DNA from: Gemmatimonas sp.
GTDB taxonomy: Bacteria > Gemmatimonadota > Gemmatimonadetes > Gemmatimonadales > Gemmatimonadaceae
Direction: 5' to 3'
Assembly (NCBI GenBank): GCA_031414535.1
Contig: JANNVQ010000014.1
Coordinates: 64,001-128,000, forward strand
DNA: 64,000 nucleotides
Shown here: positions 58,896 through 64,000 of the stretch, piece by piece
Layout: the number at the start of each line of letters is the position of its first letter
Numbering within the stretch: the stretch's first letter is position 1
The notes under the pieces: generated by a model
The model's input: the letters and a program-made list of their open reading frames with translations, nothing else
Told to the model about the DNA's origin: nothing
The model's database searches: none
Position numbers and translations under genes: made by a program

Positions 58896-59528
58896 ATGCC
58901 GAAGCCCGCCCGAGAGACCCCGGCGCTCCACGACCGAGCGCTGCAAGATCTCTCCTTCATTCGCCGTACCATGGAAGGCGCCGCTGCCTTCACCGACGTT
59001 CCCGGCTGGGGACTGGTGGTCAGCGGCGCCGTTGCGCTCGCCACCGCACCACTCGCCGCACGGCAACCGACACCCGAACGCTGGGTCGCGATGTGGACAG
59101 CGGCGGCGCTCGTCGCCGCGTGCGTCGGCTCCTGGATGATGTTCCGAAAGATGCGCCTACGCGTGGGCCCGCAGCAGCCTCTCTTGGTGAGCGTACCCGC
59201 ACGAAAGTTCTTGCTCAGCTTCTGGCCCAGTATCGTCGCCGGTGCACTCATCACCTTCGCCCTCATCGATCCCTTCGTTCCGGGGATTGATGCGCACCTC
59301 ACCGCTCGAGTGTTCCCGGGACTCTGGTTGCTTCTCTACGGCCTCGGCGTCACCACCGCCGGTGCCTTTTCCATCCGCGCCGTACCCCTCATGGGACTCG
59401 GCTTCATCACACTCGGTGCCGTAGCCCTCTTCGTTCCCGTACTCAACGGCGATCTGATGATGGCACTCGGCTTCGGCGCACTGCAGGTGGTGTTCGGCGT
59501 GCGCATTGCCCGGAGGTATGGTGGCTAA
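58896..59528 (+). CDS. Multi-pass membrane protein
   Basis: ALQDLSFIRRTME N-terminal motif followed by about 6 TM helices. Confidence 0.75.
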   Translation: MPKPARETPALHDRALQDLSFIRRTMEGAAAFTDVPGWGLVVSGAVALATAPLAARQPTPERWVAMWTAAALVAACVGSWMMFRKMRLRVGPQQPLLVSVPARKFLLSFWPSIVAGALITFALIDPFVPGIDAHLTARVFPGLWLLLYGLGVTTAGAFSIRAVPLMGLGFITLGAVALFVPVLNGDLMMALGFGALQVVFGVRIARRYGG

Positions 59529-59925
59529 GAACGACGGCTCTGCCGCACGCGCCAAGCGACTCGACCCAAAGCGCCTCGACGCGAAGCACGAACGCACGAC
59601 CCTGAAGTCCGTGGATGGAGATGCCGCTATGCCCATGAGCCTCGACCGCGTCATTCACGAGCGCCTGCGACTCGCCATTGTGAGCGCACTCGCCGTGCAC
59701 GATTCGCTGACCTTCAATGAATTGAAGGCCATGCTCGAGACCTCCGACGGCAACGTGTCCGTGCACGCGCGCAAGCTGGAAGACGCGGGTTACGTGGCCT
59801 GCAAGAAGGGATTCGATGGCCGGGTGCCACGTACGGAGTACAAGCTCACGGCGGCTGGGCGTCGCGCGCTGGAACAGTACTTGTCGCACATGGAAGCGCT
59901 CATCAAGCGAGTGAGCGGCGTATGA
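59521..59925 (+). CDS. Winged-helix transcriptional regulator (MarR/ArsR-like, HTH_34 type)
   Basis: LDRVIHERLRLAIVSAL, TFNELK, DGNVSVHARKLEDAGYV, PRTEYKLT. GGAGG upstream of GTG 59521. Confidence 0.88.
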   Translation: MAKNDGSAARAKRLDPKRLDAKHERTTLKSVDGDAAMPMSLDRVIHERLRLAIVSALAVHDSLTFNELKAMLETSDGNVSVHARKLEDAGYVACKKGFDGRVPRTEYKLTAAGRRALEQYLSHMEALIKRVSGV

Positions 59926-60617
59926 ACGGTATCCCGAAGCATCTCGCTGTCATCATGGACGGCAATGGACGCTGGGCCTCACGTCGTGGCCGTCCGCGCT
60001 GGATGGGACACGTGCGCGGCGCACACACCGTGCGCGAGGTGGTGGCCCACTCCGCGCGAGTGGGCGTAGAGCAGCTTACGCTCTACGCCTTCTCCAGTGA
60101 CAACTGGAAGCGCCCCCGCGAGGAAGTTGGGTTTCTCTTTGATCTCTTTGCCTCGCACATCGAACGCCAGCTCGCTGATCTCGTCAAGAACGGCATTCGC
60201 TTCTCGATGATTGGCCGCCGCGATCGGCTGCCACGAGCATTGGTGAACGCCATCGCTGATTCCGAGCGCCGCACGGCGAGTGGACGCCGGATGCACCTGC
60301 GCGTGGCCATCGACTACTCGAGCCGCGAATCCATCCAAGGGGCGCTGACGCTCGACCCCTCCCTGCGCGGCCTTCCTGATGGCGCCACCATTTTGCCACC
60401 GGTGGATTTGCTGCTGCGCACTGGCGGGGAGCGACGTCTGTCGGACTTTCTGTTATGGGAAAGTGCCTATGCCGAACTCGCGTTCTTGGACGTAACGTTT
60501 CCCGACCTTACGACGGCCGACCTCGACGCAGCGTTCGCTGACTTCGCAATGCGCGAGCGTCGTTTTGGAGACGTACCGGCCAGCTCCGAGAACAGTCTCT
60601 CCGAGAGCGGCAGCTAG
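59922..60617 (+). CDS. uppS: cis-prenyltransferase (undecaprenyl diphosphate synthase family)
   Basis: HLAVIMDGNGRWA, LYAFSSDNW, DLLLRTGGERRLSDFLLWESAYAE. Confidence 0.88.
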   Translation: MNGIPKHLAVIMDGNGRWASRRGRPRWMGHVRGAHTVREVVAHSARVGVEQLTLYAFSSDNWKRPREEVGFLFDLFASHIERQLADLVKNGIRFSMIGRRDRLPRALVNAIADSERRTASGRRMHLRVAIDYSSRESIQGALTLDPSLRGLPDGATILPPVDLLLRTGGERRLSDFLLWESAYAELAFLDVTFPDLTTADLDAAFADFAMRERRFGDVPASSENSLSESGS

Positions 60618-61309
60618 CGCTTCTTGCCCTTCTGGCTCGTTGGCGTAAACCCGCCCGCATAGTCCAGCACGCACATCTCGCGGTAACGTGTGTGCGGACC
60701 GCAGGCGCCACCCATCACGCGCAAGTTGGGATTGAAGATGTTGCGCCGGTGCCCGCGCGACGGCACCCCATCATCCACAATCAAGGAGATGAGGACGTCG
60801 CGCGCGTTAGCACTCCCGTAATCAATGTTCTCGGCGGCACTGCCATTCCACGCGCCGTAGCGTCGAATGCGCGAATCCATAGAAGAGCCATCGCGGCCGT
60901 CATGACCCGTGGCTCCGCTCGGCCCTTGGTCACGCACGTGATCGCGAGCCGCGAGCGCGAGGCCATCTGCCCACGCGAGTGTAGGCAGGGGAGTCTGCTG
61001 ACGTAGCGCACGGATGGCCTCACGCACCGCATTGGGGCCTTCGTTGGTCTGCAGGCCAACACGACTTCCAGGGCGCCTCAAAATGCTGCCGTCAAAGTGC
61101 GGGAGGAGGGCCTCGAGGTGCGCGGCGTAGCCCGCTGGATCTGTGCGGGCCGCGTTGTGTTCGTCGAGCAGGGCGCGATTGAAAGCAGGCGCGAGCTGCC
61201 CGCCCGCCGTGCTCGAACACAGCGCAAGTGCGCCAACCAACAGTGCGGAACAAAATCGCCTAAGTCGCATAAAGGGAATATGTTTCATTAGAGAGGTTTC
61301 GCCACTCAT
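60614..61309 (-). CDS. Secreted CAP/SCP-domain protein
   Basis: Signal peptide; HNAART, AARDH, GH, AENIDYG, DDGVPSRGHRRNI. Start may be 61288 or 61270. Confidence 0.85.
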   Translation of the reverse strand: MSGETSLMKHIPFMRLRRFCSALLVGALALCSSTAGGQLAPAFNRALLDEHNAARTDPAGYAAHLEALLPHFDGSILRRPGSRVGLQTNEGPNAVREAIRALRQQTPLPTLAWADGLALAARDHVRDQGPSGATGHDGRDGSSMDSRIRRYGAWNGSAAENIDYGSANARDVLISLIVDDGVPSRGHRRNIFNPNLRVMGGACGPHTRYREMCVLDYAGGFTPTSQKGKKR

Positions 61310-61321
61310 ACTGGTGCCGCT

Positions 61322-63016
61322 GTGATGCTGTATGCCCCACCGCCGGTTGTGGCTGAAGTCCTTGCCCTACAGCAGGCCGCCACCTGTGATGGCTCGGTTG
61401 TGTCGCGCATCGAGTTTCGCAGTTACAAGCCGTCCCTGCAGACGGCTGCCGAGCGTGCAGCAGCCGCGACGACGGATGCAGTAGGCCTCGAGCACGCGCG
61501 CACGCACGCCTTCGTGATTCGCGCCTACCTTCGCTTCCAAGAGGGCGATCCCTGCACCGAACAAAAGCGCCGAGAGTCAGAGCGACTACTGCGCGCACAA
61601 CGCTTCATCTCTTCGGCGTCGGTCCAGACCTTCCCCGATGGCGAAGGACGCGTACGCGTACGCGTGAGTGTCGTGGATGAGCTTCCCTTCGTGGGGTCCG
61701 TGCGCGTCCGGGGTTTCACGCCGTCGGCGGTAACTATTGGCTCAATGAACTGGGCTGGCCGCGGCATCACAGCCGTGGTCGGCGCCGAGCACGAACCGGG
61801 CTACCGCGCGGGCGGCCGTATTCTTGTCGGACAATCAGGAGCGTTCGGACGTCCGGCACTCGCGGATGCTGAATGGCAACGCCGCACCTTGGGAAGTCTC
61901 TGGCGGGCGACATACGCAGAGCCTTTCCTCACTGCCGGACAGTCCTCTGCACTACATGCGAGCGTTCTGCGGGAGACTGCCTACCCGACGCTGCTACGGC
62001 CAGGAGAACCTGACGTTGTGGTGCGCACGCAACGGGCGGCCTACAACGCCGGCTGGGTGCGACGTGTGCGAGGCGGAGCGTCTGACCGCTTGGTTGGACT
62101 TGGCGGCATCATGGTGATGGGCACTGAGATTCAGACAGATGCTGTGTTGTCCATCCGCAGCGATAGCGGACTGATGGCGACAGACGATAGCAGTCTGTTT
62201 GGTCGTTACCGAGCACACGCCAACGGACGCGTCGCGCTGATTTCCGGATTGCGCTACCTACGGTTCAAGACCGTGCAGCGCTACGAGACGCTCCGCGCCG
62301 AGCAGGACCTCGCATCCGGTGTGGAGCTCGACGCCTTGGTGGGTCCGAGCATCAACCAGTCGGCGGGTGCGCGCGACCTCCTCATCGCAGCCGATCTCTA
62401 CCTTGGCGCGGCTGGCACCACTTCGTTCACCACGTTCAAGGTACGCGCCGAGGGCCGCATCACTGGCCGCGATGACGTGTGGGAGGGTATCGTCGGCAGC
62501 GCGCTCTTCTCTTGGTTCAAGCTCACGTCGCCCACGCGCACGCGAATCCTCAGTCTCTCCGGCGCAGCGGTGCAGAATCTCGCGTTCCCAGCGCAACTCA
62601 CGTTCCGCGATCATGAGGGTGGGCTGCTGGCCTTTCCCGACGGCGGCGAAGGTGGCGCGGCGCGCGCGGTGCTACGACTTGAAGAGCGATTGTTGCTGCC
62701 GTGGTTGAGCCGCCGTGCAGGCCTTGCCACGGGCTGGGTGGTGGACGCAGGCCGCATTTGGAAGGGAGATGCGCCGTTTGGGGCCACGACTCCGTTGCGC
62801 GGCTCGCTTGGCATCTCACTCCTCGGCTCTTACCCCGTCACGAGCAAGCGCCTCTACCGCGTGGATTTCGCGGTACCCATAAACCCTGGGCCAGGCGACG
62901 CGAAGTTCGTGATTCGCTTTCTCTCTGGCGACCGCACAGGCACCTTTTGGGCGGAACCTCCCGACGTGACACGCGCACGGGCCAGCACGGGACCGAATTC
63001 GCTCATCCGCTGGTGA
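61322..63016 (+). CDS. POTRA + beta-barrel (Omp85/BamA-TamA-like) outer-membrane protein
   Basis: IRAYLRFQEGD...ESERLLR is POTRA-like, followed by beta-strands, EER, DAGRIW and RVDFAVP. Signal peptide unclear. Confidence 0.6.
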   Translation: MMLYAPPPVVAEVLALQQAATCDGSVVSRIEFRSYKPSLQTAAERAAAATTDAVGLEHARTHAFVIRAYLRFQEGDPCTEQKRRESERLLRAQRFISSASVQTFPDGEGRVRVRVSVVDELPFVGSVRVRGFTPSAVTIGSMNWAGRGITAVVGAEHEPGYRAGGRILVGQSGAFGRPALADAEWQRRTLGSLWRATYAEPFLTAGQSSALHASVLRETAYPTLLRPGEPDVVVRTQRAAYNAGWVRRVRGGASDRLVGLGGIMVMGTEIQTDAVLSIRSDSGLMATDDSSLFGRYRAHANGRVALISGLRYLRFKTVQRYETLRAEQDLASGVELDALVGPSINQSAGARDLLIAADLYLGAAGTTSFTTFKVRAEGRITGRDDVWEGIVGSALFSWFKLTSPTRTRILSLSGAAVQNLAFPAQLTFRDHEGGLLAFPDGGEGGAARAVLRLEERLLLPWLSRRAGLATGWVVDAGRIWKGDAPFGATTPLRGSLGISLLGSYPVTSKRLYRVDFAVPINPGPGDAKFVIRFLSGDRTGTFWAEPPDVTRARASTGPNSLIRW

Positions 63017-63132
63017 GAGATTGCGTCGGCGGTTCTCCGCGCGCTCAACGCCGCTGGCGCGATATGCGTTCTCGGGCTAGGCTCACTGAGCCTTGCAGCC
63101 CGCCGGCAGCGCGCCCCTACCCCGCTCAACCT

Positions 63133-63792
63133 GTGCCCAGTCACTCCCCGCGCTTCACGGCGCAACTAATTGTGATCGTGCTTGCTGCATGCACGCCGTC
63201 CCAGAACCAGCCAACGCCCGTGCCTGCTCCGCAAACGGTAACGCAGCCCGCCGCTGCGGCCGACGAGCATGCGCACCACGATATGGAAGGCATGCCAGCG
63301 GTGACCATTCCCGCCGGAGCCCTGTTTGTGGAAGCCGACGTGCGCTTTATGCAGGGGATGATTGCCCACCACGCGCAGGCGGTCTACATGACGCGCATGG
63401 CCGAGGGTGCAGGCGCCTCGCCACGCGTGCTGCGCCTCGCCAATAAAATCGATCTCTCGCAGGCTGGCGAGATTTCGCTGATGCAGGGTTGGCTTCGCTC
63501 CAACGGCCAGGTTGCGCCAGATACGTCGTCGTGGCGCTCCATGCGAATGGCCGGCATGCTCACCGATGCGGAGTTGCAGCAGCTCGCCGCCTCGCGCGGT
63601 CGTGATTTTGATCGACTGTTCCTGCAGTTGATGATTCGCCACCATGAAGGCGCGCTCTCCATGGTGAGCGACCTGCTCAAGACACCGCGCGCCGCGCAAG
63701 ACGTAGACGTGAACGTGTTGGCTAATGAAGTCGAAACCTCGCAGATGGCCGAGATCGAACTGATGTTGCAGATGCTCGAAGAGCTCAACTGA
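63133..63792 (+). CDS. DUF305 ferritin-like lipoprotein
   Basis: Lipobox LAAC; ADVRFMQGMIAHHAQA, MAGMLT, FLQLMIRHHEGA, Q.AEI. Start estimated (GTG 63133). Confidence 0.85.
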   Translation: MPSHSPRFTAQLIVIVLAACTPSQNQPTPVPAPQTVTQPAAAADEHAHHDMEGMPAVTIPAGALFVEADVRFMQGMIAHHAQAVYMTRMAEGAGASPRVLRLANKIDLSQAGEISLMQGWLRSNGQVAPDTSSWRSMRMAGMLTDAELQQLAASRGRDFDRLFLQLMIRHHEGALSMVSDLLKTPRAAQDVDVNVLANEVETSQMAEIELMLQMLEELN

Positions 63793-63821
63793 CCCACCAA
63801 ACACACTTGGAGTCGCACTCG

Positions 63822-64000
63822 ATGGAAATGCTTCGCCGTTCCCTGCTGGCCGCTTCCGTAGTCGGAGCGCTAGCCACGCCACTCGTCGCGCAGACGTATC
63901 CCAACGCAAACGATCCGCGCAACAATCTTTCGAGCGGTCTCTCAAACGCCGGCATCGCCATCGAGGGAATGCGGCTGCTCTCCACCGCACCCAAGGCAGC
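63822..64000 (+). CDS. Secreted protein, 5' part only (possibly LVIVD-repeat protein)
   Basis: ATG 63822 with GGAG upstream: MEMLRRSLLAASVVGALATPLVAQTYPNANDPRNNLSSGLSNAG... The open frame runs to the window edge; family guessed from the DUF305 context. Confidence 0.55.
   Translation, partial: MEMLRRSLLAASVVGALATPLVAQTYPNANDPRNNLSSGLSNAGIAIEGMRLLSTAPKA

Overview
High-GC bacterial chromosome segment. A Gemmatimonadota-like host is inferred from the SusC/SusD pair, the DUF305/LVIVD-like genes and general gene style; no marker gene confirms this. The window is dominated by a ~48 kb carbon-metabolism block with three parts. (1) A glycogen operon on +: glgP-glgB-glgC-glgA-glgX::malQ fusion-MFS sugar transporter-GH13::esterase fusion. 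(2) A convergent starch/alpha-glucan utilisation locus on -: SusC, SusD, lipoprotein alpha-amylase, GH97, a self-contained EIIA-HPr-EI plus EIICB PTS, and a 1.5k-aa multi-catalytic glycosidase. (3) The main finding: one contiguous cluster encoding all the pathway-specific enzymes of the 3-hydroxypropionate (3-HP) bi-cycle (pcs, mcr, meh, smtA, smtB, mct, mcl, mch), a CO2-fixation/co-assimilation route classically tied to Chloroflexaceae. Both GlgB and Mcr carry tandem-repeat-encoded Lys/Ala-rich N-terminal tails. The flanks hold an AraC module, an M24 peptidase, an ATP-grasp/LLM monooxygenase pair, NfeD-flotillin, a wHTH-uppS module and outer-membrane or secreted proteins. No rRNA, tRNA, CRISPR array or mobile element was recognised. 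All calls come from motif recognition by eye; no searches were run.
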